A stretch of 64,000 nt of DNA from Candidatus Borrarchaeum weybense. GTDB taxonomy: Archaea > Asgardarchaeota > Sifarchaeia > Borrarchaeales > Borrarchaeaceae. The stretch's first letter is position 1; each line of letters starts with the position of its first letter. The translations under genes were made by a program, and so were the position numbers. Positions 21,610 through 31,531 of the stretch are shown here, in pieces. Where the stretch lies: NCBI GenBank assembly GCA_019057385.1, contig JAHQJS010000006.1, forward strand, positions 96,001 through 160,000. Direction: 5' to 3'. The notes under the pieces were generated by a model. It saw nothing but the letters and a program-made list of their open reading frames with translations, ran no database searches and was not told the origin of the DNA.

Positions 21610-21678
21610 AAGTGGTCATTCAATTACGGACAAAATTCCAATAAAAATAACTGACCTAGTTCGAATCAAGAGGCGTAT

Positions 21679-22800
21679 TCAAAACGCTTTTGTCATATAC
21701 CACATCCATTGTATCGGCCCTGATCCCAAAATCCAGTTTGGTTGAGCCTCACAGAGTGTCCAACAATTCGGGCAATCTTGCTGTTTTATTAAGCTTCTTG
21801 CGTTTCTTGCTGTGTCTCCCCACCATATATCTCTAAAGTTTTTTTCTTTTAGATTACCTAGCTTTATGCTCCACTGAGTACAAGGATAAACATTTCCATA
21901 CGGGTCAATAAATGCAGAATAAGTGGCAGCAACGCAGGGAACTATCATTTTTTGAGGGTCGTTTAAAAAAGCAGGAATCTTCTTTGAATAGAATCTATAA
22001 AAGAGTGATTTAACTTTGTGGATTATATTTTTAGATCTAGTTTCATTTATCAACATTTTGAGGTAATAGTTAAAGTCATCTATTAAATCTTTCTTGAAAC
22101 TTTCATATGAGTTTTCATTAAAATTCTTACCGTAATACTCTGTAAAATGCTCTAAAGTCGGTATTATCTCTCTTATAGAAATATGATTTTTCTTAAGAAA
22201 ATGATAAAATGCCCAAAATTTTCCAGCATTATATTCTGAAATAGTATGTCCGCAACTAACAGTTAAATTGCAATATTGCTTTTTCAGTTTTTTAAGTTCG
22301 TTAAAAAGCCATATAGCGTTCTCAAAATTTCCTTTCACTCCTCTTATATCGTCATGGGTACTAGATACACCATCTAAACTTACTATAATATTAAATGCTT
22401 TATTTATGGGGATTTCATGCACTATTTTTTTAATTTTATGTAATGATCTTTTCGCCAAAATAGCATTTGTTGTCAATGATGCTACCGATATTGCTGTATT
22501 GTTGTATGCATAGGTTATTATATCCTCTACATCCTTTTTTAAAGTGGGCTCCCCACCAGTAAAGTCAATCCATCCTAAGTTTGTCCCAATTTCGTCAAAT
22601 ATCTTTTTCCAATCCTCAGTAGTAAGTTCTTCTTTAACTCTGTCGGGAGATTCTTTATAGATTTTCCAAATGTGACAGGTTTTACATCTAGAATTACACA
22701 TGAATGTAAGTGCTGCTGCAAGTTTTACTGGTAAAGGTCTTCCTATAGTCTTCCTTATTTTTGATTTTAGGATTTGAAATGCCAAAGACGTTTTTATCAC
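21679..22800 (-). CDS. Radical SAM protein with SPASM/twitch C-terminal domain
   Basis: CNSRCKTC (CxxxCxxC), TGGEP, SLDG...HD.IRG, C-terminal CVAA..IDPYGNVYPC..CPNCWTLC. Confidence 0.93.
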   Translation of the reverse strand: MIKTSLAFQILKSKIRKTIGRPLPVKLAAALTFMCNSRCKTCHIWKIYKESPDRVKEELTTEDWKKIFDEIGTNLGWIDFTGGEPTLKKDVEDIITYAYNNTAISVASLTTNAILAKRSLHKIKKIVHEIPINKAFNIIVSLDGVSSTHDDIRGVKGNFENAIWLFNELKKLKKQYCNLTVSCGHTISEYNAGKFWAFYHFLKKNHISIREIIPTLEHFTEYYGKNFNENSYESFKKDLIDDFNYYLKMLINETRSKNIIHKVKSLFYRFYSKKIPAFLNDPQKMIVPCVAATYSAFIDPYGNVYPCTQWSIKLGNLKEKNFRDIWWGDTARNARSLIKQQDCPNCWTLCEAQPNWILGSGPIQWMWYMTKAF

Positions 22801-22841
22801 TCAGCTCATATTTCATTAATGTAAATAGCAAATATTTGGTA

Positions 22842-23846
22842 TCAGTAACTGAAATCTTTCTTTATTTGTATATGCCATCGATTTGTGCCATAAATCATTC
22901 CAAAAGTCCAAGCTATTCCTCTAATCAAATTTAAAACAATTAGGCATAACGCCTTTTTATCTTTCACTCTTAACGCTGTTGATATTCCAGAAAAAACATT
23001 TGAAATTATTAGAACTACGAAATAAGACATTGCCACAGGAAATAGATGATTTATAAAAAGACTCAGAATGGTAAAGATAACCAAACCGACATAAAAAAAT
23101 GGTTGAAGAATTAAATGTAAGTTAACATAACTTTCGCCTTTAATTCCCTCAGGATGAATATAATAGAGGAAAGTTCTGCTCACACCATACCAAAACTGTT
23201 GCTTAAAGAAAGCCCAAAGTGATGTTCTATGCTTATGCCAAACTTTTGCTTTTGGCACGAATATAATTTCATAACCAAGTTTTCTTATTCTATAACTCAA
23301 GTCAATGTCATCTGCTACAACGAGGTATTCTCTAAATTTCCCTACTTTCTCTATTAGATTTTTCCTATATGCACAATTCCACGTGGCTAAAGATTCAACG
23401 GATTTGTTATATTGACTCATTCTTTTTTGAACATCATAGCCTATACATCTAGGAATTGATTTATCGCTATTCCAAGTTTCAACTATTCCTCCAACTCCTC
23501 CCACTGTCGGAGAAGAGAAATGCTTTATTAATTGTTTTAGCCAATCTTTTGCAACTTTAACATCGCCATCTGTAAAAGCAATAATGCTTCCCTTAGCAAG
23601 TTTTACTCCAATATTTCTTGCCTTTGGTGCACCTCCTCGACTAATGCAATTATATATTGTTATAGGATATTCAGATAGTATTTTCCGGGTATCATCGATT
23701 GATCCATCATTTATAACTACGATTTCCTTATTTTCATAATCTAGATTAAGTAAGGACTCGATACAATCTCTAATTGTTTCTTCAACATTATAAACTGGGA
23801 CAACTATTGAGACTAATTCGTTTTGAGTGGTTATTTCCGACATCAA
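22842..23846 (-). CDS. Glycosyltransferase family 2 with C-terminal TM helices
   Basis: VSIVVPVYN, INDGSID, FTDGD, DDIDL, QQFWY. Confidence 0.92.
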   Translation of the reverse strand: MMSEITTQNELVSIVVPVYNVEETIRDCIESLLNLDYENKEIVVINDGSIDDTRKILSEYPITIYNCISRGGAPKARNIGVKLAKGSIIAFTDGDVKVAKDWLKQLIKHFSSPTVGGVGGIVETWNSDKSIPRCIGYDVQKRMSQYNKSVESLATWNCAYRKNLIEKVGKFREYLVVADDIDLSYRIRKLGYEIIFVPKAKVWHKHRTSLWAFFKQQFWYGVSRTFLYYIHPEGIKGESYVNLHLILQPFFYVGLVIFTILSLFINHLFPVAMSYFVVLIISNVFSGISTALRVKDKKALCLIVLNLIRGIAWTFGMIYGTNRWHIQIKKDFSY

Positions 23847-24032
23847 ATCAACCGTATAATTGGTTTAAAGACCTTTGATAAGTCCTCGTAACTAATCACA
23901 GATTACCATGCTTTGACTACTAAAGTTATATTATAATTCGACATTCTGAAGATTATTGACTAACTAGCAGAGTATCCTACTTTTATTGATACATTGAAAC
24001 CTGATTTTATTGTTTAAGAGGTATAAAAGTTG

Positions 24033-24605
24033 TTAATCAAGAATACGAGAAACGAGCCATGTGGGTATTTCTTTAAAATAGAGAATGGAGAGAACTGAAT
24101 AAACGAGTAAACCATTGAAGGCAAATAAACACATACAACTCACTATAATAATAACTCGTGTGACTGGATTGTTTTGATTTGAAATGTATTTCCATCCAAT
24201 ACTATTAATTATATTGAAAGAAATTGTTATCAAAAGATAACCAATGATTAAGTAGGGCAATAAGGCCAATAATTCCCCCTGTAGAAAAAAATAATTCCAA
24301 AGTCCGAGTTTTATTGCACATGGCTCAATAAATAAGCTTAAGACGAGAGGAGAAGAGGAATACAGAAATTTGTTTGCTGATTTCTTTAATAAGGATGTGG
24401 AGAAAAGAGAATATATTCCCCAACATATGCAGATCACAAGAGGTATTCCCACAATCGTTGGACCGAGATGGGCGTAGGACCACGCGTGATAAGTTCCTAA
24501 CCTTTCCCACATTAAACCAAATGAAATACCATTAATAAAAAAGAAGATGGTTGCTCCATAAGCTTCTTTTTCCGTTTCAACCTTTAATTGCATATTTACA
24601 CACAC
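24033..24605 (-). CDS. CruF-like (carotenoid 1,2-hydratase/DUF422 family) membrane protein
   Basis: GLMWE.LG...W.Y..LGPTI.GIPLVI...W and IEP.AIKLGLW.Y resemble the two conserved repeats of the CruF family. Confidence 0.6.
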   Translation of the reverse strand: MCVNMQLKVETEKEAYGATIFFFINGISFGLMWERLGTYHAWSYAHLGPTIVGIPLVICICWGIYSLFSTSLLKKSANKFLYSSSPLVLSLFIEPCAIKLGLWNYFFLQGELLALLPYLIIGYLLITISFNIINSIGWKYISNQNNPVTRVIIIVSCMCLFAFNGLLVYSVLSILYFKEIPTWLVSRILD

Positions 24606-24633
24606 TTTAAATCTTTCATGTTTATAACAAGAG

Positions 24634-25746
24634 TTAAAAGGTCTGGAAAATTGAAATTATTTTTGGAATAGTCGCATCCCACGTATAATATTTTTCAATT
24701 AATTTTCTACCTGCCTTAGCCATCTTACGTCTCAATTCAGTATCGTTTAACAAAATTAGAGTTTTTCTAATAAACTCCTTTGTATCCCCAGGTTGAATCA
24801 AAAACCCTGTTTTATCATGTTTAACTATTTCTTTTACACCTCCAACGTTAAAAGCGACAACTGGGACGCCTGACGAAAAAGCTTCTAAGCAAACATTGGG
24901 AACTCCTTCAAGAAGGGATGGAAGGATTAGTACATCAATTTTTCTAAATATGTTAGTAATGTCCTTGTGAGGTATCATCCCTAAAAACTCCACTGGTAAC
25001 CCTTTTGATTGCGCCGCGAGAGATTCTTTCTGAGAACCATCACCAATGATAATCAATTTAGTGTTCGGTAAACGCATTGAAATTTCACGAATGATTTGAG
25101 GTAGATAAGAAACACCTTTCCAGAGTTCTAATCTTCCAATAAATCCAATATTCTTAGTTGATTTCTTTTCAAGATATGGAAAACGTGATATATCGATGGC
25201 ATTGGGGATCCACACAAGTTTGTCTCTTTTTATTTTAAATTTATTAGCAACTTTAACTTTGTCTGTTTTTGAAATTGAGATAACGCGGTCAGCTGACTTA
25301 ATAGTTGCTTTTCCAATTGATTTATCATAAAATCTTTTAAAAGCAGATTTGAATGTCCCAACAAACTTAGGGTCAGGGATTCCAACGCCTCCATGAAGGT
25401 GTAGAACTAATGGGAACTGGGCTAATTTTTTTGATAACGCCGCTTGGTTTGATATTAGGAAAAGGTAGGAATGTAAATGAACGACATCAAAGCTTTTGGC
25501 TTCTTTTAACAATTTTGGGACTATAAAACTAAGTGCGCTAATTCCCCATCCTGTCCCATATGCAGGGATTCTTTCGATCTCGATCCCATTCTTAAGCTCT
25601 ATAGGAAATGTATTGCGTGGGATTTGTGATGTAATGACTTTTACGTGAAGGCCTTGTTCAACTAATTTCCTTGAGAGGTTATAGCAATATATTCCATGTC
25701 CACTAGTTTTTGGTGGAAAGAAATTTGAAATTTGTAATATCTTCAT
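24634..25746 (-). CDS. Glycosyltransferase family 4
   Basis: FFPPKTSG, FIGRLELWKG, EGVPNVCLEA. Confidence 0.93.
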   Translation of the reverse strand: MKILQISNFFPPKTSGHGIYCYNLSRKLVEQGLHVKVITSQIPRNTFPIELKNGIEIERIPAYGTGWGISALSFIVPKLLKEAKSFDVVHLHSYLFLISNQAALSKKLAQFPLVLHLHGGVGIPDPKFVGTFKSAFKRFYDKSIGKATIKSADRVISISKTDKVKVANKFKIKRDKLVWIPNAIDISRFPYLEKKSTKNIGFIGRLELWKGVSYLPQIIREISMRLPNTKLIIIGDGSQKESLAAQSKGLPVEFLGMIPHKDITNIFRKIDVLILPSLLEGVPNVCLEAFSSGVPVVAFNVGGVKEIVKHDKTGFLIQPGDTKEFIRKTLILLNDTELRRKMAKAGRKLIEKYYTWDATIPKIISIFQTF

Positions 25747-25793
25747 TTATTTGCCCCGTTGTCTGTTAGACTTTTGTGGTTCATATTTCGAAT

Positions 25794-27131
25794 TTAGTAT
25801 GCTACCAGAAGATGAGCAGCAAAAGCAACATAGAAGCTTATTAAAAAGACTAGGAAAAGAGTTTTATCTTCAAATTCCAATGAAGGAGCTATTAAAAACA
25901 TTAATGCGAACCCTAAGTAATATGCCCAACGTTCTGGATGTAAAAGTGGAAAAATGTAGCCTAGAATAACTAGAACCGATGTAACAACGATCCAAATACT
26001 CCAATGTCTTTTAGGTATGTTCTGGTAGTTTAATACATAATAAACCAGAAATAGACCAATAGAAGTAAAGATTCTAATAGTTGGAAAAATTAAGGCATCT
26101 GGCCAGTAAGGAAAAAATCCTCGACGATTAGGATCATAATCTAGGAAGGTACCTTGTGAAACTAAAATCTGAAATCTCCCAATAGAAATGTAATAAATTG
26201 TGTAAGGATCAATAATTATCCAAAAGGGCAGCACTATAAGAATTCCTAAAGCAATAACTAAAGCAAATTTCTGCAAACACCTTTCTTTTCGTGCAAGATT
26301 AAGTATTATTAAGATAAAGAGACTTGCTGTAACAATATGAGTTGCTACACATAGAACTAGAAAAATAGTTGTTAAGATTATTTTTCTTTCCCAATAATAG
26401 AGTGCTAACAAACCAAATGTAATGGCAAATAGATTTTTTATAAGATCCGCTTCAAATCTGAGGATTACGGGTGAAAAGATGTATATCAAAGCTCCTATCG
26501 TTGCCGTTGATTCTTCGAAGCGTTCATGTAGTATTTTGTAAATTATACTCAGATTGGCGATACTAAACATAATTGAAATAACAGATATTAAATGTACAGG
26601 AAAACCAAGAGCGACAATGCCGGCTAAAAGAAAAAATGCTACTGGCTCACCAATCAAATAGAGGTTAAGTCCGCCCGGTTTATTGAAGATACTCCAAATG
26701 ATCAAATCGAAATCTTGTGCAATTGAATTCACTATTGAAAAATAAACAGGAAGATCTGCACCAACCCATTTATCGCCTCCTCTCCATAAGGCAAAAAAGG
26801 AAACGACCGCATGTAATGGAAGGAGATATCTCAATTTTATTTTTTCTAAAATCTGAATAGAGGTAATTTCAAACCCTTTTATGTACAACAAGGCGTATAT
26901 AATTGGCAAAATAATCAAAATTGGGATACTTATTAGATAAATAATTCCTCCCGGTCTTCTATAGTAATTGGCAGCTATACTTATCGATCTTTCTAAAAAG
27001 AAAAGAATAGGTTGTAAAAATATGATACATAAAATTATGAAACAAGCTACAACAGCAATAATAATGCCTTTTTTGTATTTCTGGAATATCTCATATATTG
27101 TTTGAGATATTTTGTTCACAAGATACACCAC
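25794..27131 (-). CDS. GT-C-fold membrane glycosyltransferase-like protein
   Basis: Polytopic; GADLPVY loop, FSP, DLIKNLFA, ATHIVT, PERW. Confidence 0.7.
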   Translation of the reverse strand: MVYLVNKISQTIYEIFQKYKKGIIIAVVACFIILCIIFLQPILFFLERSISIAANYYRRPGGIIYLISIPILIILPIIYALLYIKGFEITSIQILEKIKLRYLLPLHAVVSFFALWRGGDKWVGADLPVYFSIVNSIAQDFDLIIWSIFNKPGGLNLYLIGEPVAFFLLAGIVALGFPVHLISVISIMFSIANLSIIYKILHERFEESTATIGALIYIFSPVILRFEADLIKNLFAITFGLLALYYWERKIILTTIFLVLCVATHIVTASLFILIILNLARKERCLQKFALVIALGILIVLPFWIIIDPYTIYYISIGRFQILVSQGTFLDYDPNRRGFFPYWPDALIFPTIRIFTSIGLFLVYYVLNYQNIPKRHWSIWIVVTSVLVILGYIFPLLHPERWAYYLGFALMFLIAPSLEFEDKTLFLVFLISFYVAFAAHLLVAY

Positions 27132-27225
27132 TGAAACTGGATCATCTAAAGATTTTTAAAAGTTTTTTCTGGTTCCACATCAAGAAAAAAATAATTATTG
27201 TGGAGATACGAGAAAGGCGAAATAG

Positions 27226-27885
27226 ATGCCCCGAACTCTTGAAGAAGAAATAGAATATTTTGATCGCTTAGCACATAGGAAGGATGCTTTTGCTTCTATA
27301 AAGCAGAGAGTTATAGAGAAATCAAAAATTATCCGGAATTTGGTCGTTAAGCCATATAAATTTATTTTAGATTTGGGATGTGGTTCAGGGTTATTTGTTC
27401 CAATATTCCAGAACTGGACCTATCTCGGAGTAGACATAAGTTCAAAAAGCATAAAGGTCGCAAAAAAACAATTTCCACAACAGGATTTTTTTGTAGCGAA
27501 TGCATATTATCTCCCTTTTAAAGCTTCTTCAATAGGAATAGTTTTTGGAAATGGTATTCTTCATCATGTCGGTCTAAATATTTTTCGAGAATTAGTTCGA
27601 GTTATAAAACGAGGCGGAATCTTTATTGCTTTTGAACCGAACCAAAGGAATCCTATTGGTGCCAGAAAAGTAGCTACTGTCTGTGAGACTGGTTTAAAAA
27701 AGGAAGAAATAGAAACTGTTTTACAAAGGTTAAATCTTAAATATTCCATAAAAACTAAACATTGGATCCCAGATTGGTGGACTGGAATAAAACGTAAATT
27801 GGCTAGACCTATTGAAATTATTCTCGAAAAAATACCCTTTGTTAAGGAATTCGGTGGAGGTCTATTAATTTATTTCAATAAATAA
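27226..27885 (+). CDS. Class I SAM-dependent methyltransferase (type 11)
   Basis: ILDLGCGSG, GVDIS, LPF, LHH, EPNQRNP. Confidence 0.9.
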   Translation: MPRTLEEEIEYFDRLAHRKDAFASIKQRVIEKSKIIRNLVVKPYKFILDLGCGSGLFVPIFQNWTYLGVDISSKSIKVAKKQFPQQDFFVANAYYLPFKASSIGIVFGNGILHHVGLNIFRELVRVIKRGGIFIAFEPNQRNPIGARKVATVCETGLKKEEIETVLQRLNLKYSIKTKHWIPDWWTGIKRKLARPIEIILEKIPFVKEFGGGLLIYFNK

Positions 27886-28005
27886 TAACCTGATATGAGT
27901 ATAAGATTAGTTCAGATGCGAAAAAAAATCCCTGATGAAATACATTAATATCAGAGCCTTGAAAGTAAATCGAGATGATTTGATTTGAATATAAGAATTC
28001 ATATT

Positions 28006-28503
28006 ATGAATAAAGTAGAAAACGTAATCACTAAGTTTAAGAAGGAGCTAAATGCGCGTTCAGCGCTTCCATCCCTTTTTATGGGAGTTTTTATATATCT
28101 GCTTGTAAATTATCTCTTTGCAGGAACAGAGTTTTACCGGATAAGTCACTGGACTTTAGGACGAGGTGTAGCTCTTAACGCCATATTTACATTTAAAGTT
28201 CAGTTGATATTGAGTACTTTTTCTTCAGAGATATTTAACTCATGGTTTAAACAAATTGTTTACCAGGGAATTTCGGGGGGTATTACTGGATCTTTTGTTA
28301 AGGAGGAAGTTAAGAGTAGCATAGCCATTTGTAGCTCTACTCTACCTTTTTATGCAATTTTGGTACTATTATCAAATCTCTCACACATTGGTATGATAGC
28401 TATCTTTTTTGTTTCAGGATTTCTAATAGGCGTAGCCGGAGGGATCATTGGAGTTCTTTTTTACAAAGAAATATCGGAAGGACATGCAATGACTGAAGAA
28501 TAA
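28006..28503 (+). CDS. Hypothetical membrane protein (about 4 TM)
   Basis: Hydrophobic ORF with GxxxG-rich helices, co-oriented between the methyltransferase and the epimerase; ATG 28006 preferred over TTG 27985. Confidence 0.65.
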   Translation: MNKVENVITKFKKELNARSALPSLFMGVFIYLLVNYLFAGTEFYRISHWTLGRGVALNAIFTFKVQLILSTFSSEIFNSWFKQIVYQGISGGITGSFVKEEVKSSIAICSSTLPFYAILVLLSNLSHIGMIAIFFVSGFLIGVAGGIIGVLFYKEISEGHAMTEE

Positions 28504-28540
28504 CTCTTAGGAACAAAATGATGAAATAAAGGAGGAAAAA

Positions 28541-29458
28541 ATGCTGATTTTAATAACTGGCGGTGCTGGATTCATTGGAAGCCACCTGGCCTCAGAATTA
28601 CTAAAAAAGGGATACTCAGTCCGTATCATAGATAATCTATATACCGGAAAAAGAGAAAACGTTCCTAAAAACGCAGAATTCATCTTCGGAGATATAAGAA
28701 AAATAAACGATCTAAAAGATCTGCTAAAAGATGTAGAATGCATTTTTCATCATGCGGCACATGTAAGTGTTCCCGAATCAGTAAGAAACCCAATTCTAGA
28801 TTTTGATATAAATGTCAATGGGACTTTTTTTCTGTTAGAGGATGCTAGAAAACATGAAGTCGAAAAGTTCATTTTTGCTTCTAGTGCAGCAATTTATGGG
28901 ACAACGGGAGAGAAGATACCTGAAACGTTTGAAAAAAACCCTAAAAATCCTTACGGACTCAATAAATTGATAGCGGAAAAATATTGTCAGCATTATTACA
29001 GATTATATGGATTAAAGACAAATATTCTCCGATATTTTAATGTTTATGGACCAAAAAAAAGAGGAAATGCTGTGGATGTTTTTATACGCAACGCGTTGGC
29101 ACAAAGCCCCTTAAAAATTAATGGTGACGGTACACAATTTCGAGATTTTGTGCATGTGAGTGACGTAGTTGGAGCTACTATTTCATGTTTTTTGAGTGAT
29201 ATACACGGAGAGATTTACAATGTTGGAACCGGGATCGCAACAAAAGTTATTGATCTAGCTGAAAAAATTATTAAAGCAACAGGGACTAGTTCAAAGATTT
29301 TGTTCGAATCTCCACGACCAGGAGATATTAAAGGTATTACTTCTGATATTAAGAAGATACAAAGGGAATTATCATTTGTTCCACAGTACTCGATCGAAAA
29401 AGGTTTGTTGGAAACATTGCGCTTTTACAATGAAGAGAGTGCCCCTACGCTTTTGTAA
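28541..29458 (+). CDS. UDP-glucose/GlcNAc 4-epimerase-like extended SDR
   Basis: TGGAGFIG, SVPES, SSAAIYG, YGLNK, RYFNVYGP, RDFVHV, RPGDI; SD GGAGG. Confidence 0.93.
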   Translation: MLILITGGAGFIGSHLASELLKKGYSVRIIDNLYTGKRENVPKNAEFIFGDIRKINDLKDLLKDVECIFHHAAHVSVPESVRNPILDFDINVNGTFFLLEDARKHEVEKFIFASSAAIYGTTGEKIPETFEKNPKNPYGLNKLIAEKYCQHYYRLYGLKTNILRYFNVYGPKKRGNAVDVFIRNALAQSPLKINGDGTQFRDFVHVSDVVGATISCFLSDIHGEIYNVGTGIATKVIDLAEKIIKATGTSSKILFESPRPGDIKGITSDIKKIQRELSFVPQYSIEKGLLETLRFYNEESAPTLL

Positions 29459-29499
29459 AACCGCAAGTTCCTCGTCCGTCTTTAGGACGGATATTTCAC
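29430..29499 (+). mobile_element. Decayed IS200/IS605 right end (omega-RNA 3' scaffold relic)
   Basis: GAGAGTGCCCCTAC...GCAAGTTCCTCG then hairpin TCCGTC-TTTAG-GACGGA and terminal TATTTCAC, following the recalled CCTCTAC..GCAAGT..hairpin..TTCAC layout of tnpB right ends. Confidence 0.6.
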
Positions 29500-31289
29500 A
29501 ATCGAGCGTATATCGTTACTTGTTCATCATAATAAATCCTATTCAGCCCGATTATATTATTTAAATCGGAATTGCTAACCTTGGGACTTAAAGAACTTAT
29601 GAAAACATAATATGTCTCCAGAATAGAATCATAATACTCAAATTTGCGGTATGGTCTCATCTGATAGACTGTTCTTGAACCCAATAAATAATATGAAAGC
29701 CAAAAGAAATTTGCTCCCATCTCTTGATTTGCGAGTACGGCTACTTGAGGTTCAGCATTACCTTCCAACCAATATGCTGCCTTAAACTCACGTGCTGTTA
29801 TTAAAGGGGGATAAAAATAGTCAAAGTAGACGACTGAAACGATATCATAACCACTCATTGATAAGCACATACTTAATACAATGAGACTGGATTTCCAATG
29901 TTTTCTAAATTTCTTAGTAAATAAGATATGTGTTAGAGCTAATCCTCCTAAAAATGATGCAGGAATAAAGGCAAATAAATAAAATCTTTCAGGAATACGG
30001 ACAAGAAAATACCAGAAGCCAAAAACTGGTCCTGACAGCAACCAAATTGCATAGATAGATATCAAAAAGGATGTGCCAAAAACATATTGTAAATCTCTTT
30101 TCTTTATAGAAAAATAGACGCCAATGAGAGCTAAGGCATCTGTAGTTACTGAAAAAAACCAGTTGTTTCCCAGTCGCGCTAGTGATATAACTGCAGGTAT
30201 TGGTTCAATAGGCTTAGTTATAGAAATTAAGAATCCAGGAAAATAAAATGAATAAATGATGGCCGCTACAAAAAATGGAATCATAGATGCTAGCCATTGG
30301 AATCCAATACTCTTTTTATGTTGCACAAAAAGGGCAGCGAGAGAATATGTTATCATTACAATAAAATACACTAAAAGGCATATTTCATGTGTTAAGGATG
30401 TTAATGCAAGGTAAAAAAATGCAAGAAATCCGAATAGGTATTTTCTGTGGGAATTGATGCATTTAATTGTAAAAAAAAGACTCCAAATTAAGAAATATAT
30501 GCCAAAAACATTTCGATATAGATCGCCAATAAGTCTAATTGATTCTGCACACATAGCAAAAAGAAAGGAACTTAAAATGCCTGTTTTTTCATTATTAGTT
30601 ATCTCAGTTGTCAAGAGGTAGAAAGGAATGATCGAAAGTGAATAAATTAATGGGATCACTAAACGAGGCATTATTATTAAATCCAGCCCATTTGACACAA
30701 GGAAAATGTAAAGAATGTAGAAGGGATTTCTAGGTAAGTTTTGTTCCCAGGCACTCGAAGAGAGTATCATTCTTCTGAAATATCGCGGAGTATCCCAACT
30801 TCCCGTTCGTGGATAATATCGAATGTATGTAAAATAAAATCTAATCAGGAAACTCAATAAGATTATCCACAATAGCATGAGAAATAGTCGTTTTTTCTCT
30901 ATTCGTCTATGAAACAGAGCAGTTGTTTGAGTATCTTTTTCAATTAATTTTGACATACCTTTAATTCCAAAGACAGTGATAAAGGGCACGCCAAGAGAAA
31001 GTACAACCATCGATAAAAACGGAGAAGACTGGAAAGTTCTCATAAGAATATAAATTATTGATATGGGAACAATCAAACTTATAGTAACTACGATAAGTTT
31101 TCTTTTGTTCTCTACTTTTGATAAAGAAATAGGTTTCGAAAAACCAGAAAACGACCCAGATTTAAGAGCAAATATGAATAATAGAACACCAAGTGCGAAT
31201 AGTTCGATAAATCGATATCTGTAAATGATATGAGCACTTATGACAGTTGTAAGAAAATCTTGAAGGTTTTCTATGACCATAAGAATCAT
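29496..31289 (-). CDS. GT-C-fold membrane glycosyltransferase (AglB-like architecture, no WWDYG)
   Basis: FLIRF, GSWDTPRY loop, DLYRN, LTHE, PERF, C-terminal EFKAAYWLEGNA. Confidence 0.8.
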   Translation of the reverse strand: MILMVIENLQDFLTTVISAHIIYRYRFIELFALGVLLFIFALKSGSFSGFSKPISLSKVENKRKLIVVTISLIVPISIIYILMRTFQSSPFLSMVVLSLGVPFITVFGIKGMSKLIEKDTQTTALFHRRIEKKRLFLMLLWIILLSFLIRFYFTYIRYYPRTGSWDTPRYFRRMILSSSAWEQNLPRNPFYILYIFLVSNGLDLIIMPRLVIPLIYSLSIIPFYLLTTEITNNEKTGILSSFLFAMCAESIRLIGDLYRNVFGIYFLIWSLFFTIKCINSHRKYLFGFLAFFYLALTSLTHEICLLVYFIVMITYSLAALFVQHKKSIGFQWLASMIPFFVAAIIYSFYFPGFLISITKPIEPIPAVISLARLGNNWFFSVTTDALALIGVYFSIKKRDLQYVFGTSFLISIYAIWLLSGPVFGFWYFLVRIPERFYLFAFIPASFLGGLALTHILFTKKFRKHWKSSLIVLSMCLSMSGYDIVSVVYFDYFYPPLITAREFKAAYWLEGNAEPQVAVLANQEMGANFFWLSYYLLGSRTVYQMRPYRKFEYYDSILETYYVFISSLSPKVSNSDLNNIIGLNRIYYDEQVTIYARL

Positions 31290-31531
31290 CGAATCATTAC
31301 ATGGGACAATTTTTATTTGGAGATCAAAATTACTTAAAATATACCGCGATCTTGTAAAGAACTTATGTTAGATCCGATATTTATGAAATATATAAAAAGA
31401 TTTTGATAATTCTTATAGTTTAGTGGCTGAAATTATGAAATCTCAAACTATATTATTTCTGAGATAATAGAATCAAATATTCTAAACGTTGAGGCAGTTA
31501 GTAACAAAGTGATGAGATAATTATTCAATTT

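Noticed and set aside
21679-23846. Mycofactocin/RiPP system (radical SAM-SPASM plus MftF-like GT2)
   Set aside because: No precursor peptide, RRE/PqqD protein or peptidase is nearby; the glycan or lipid context is more parsimonious
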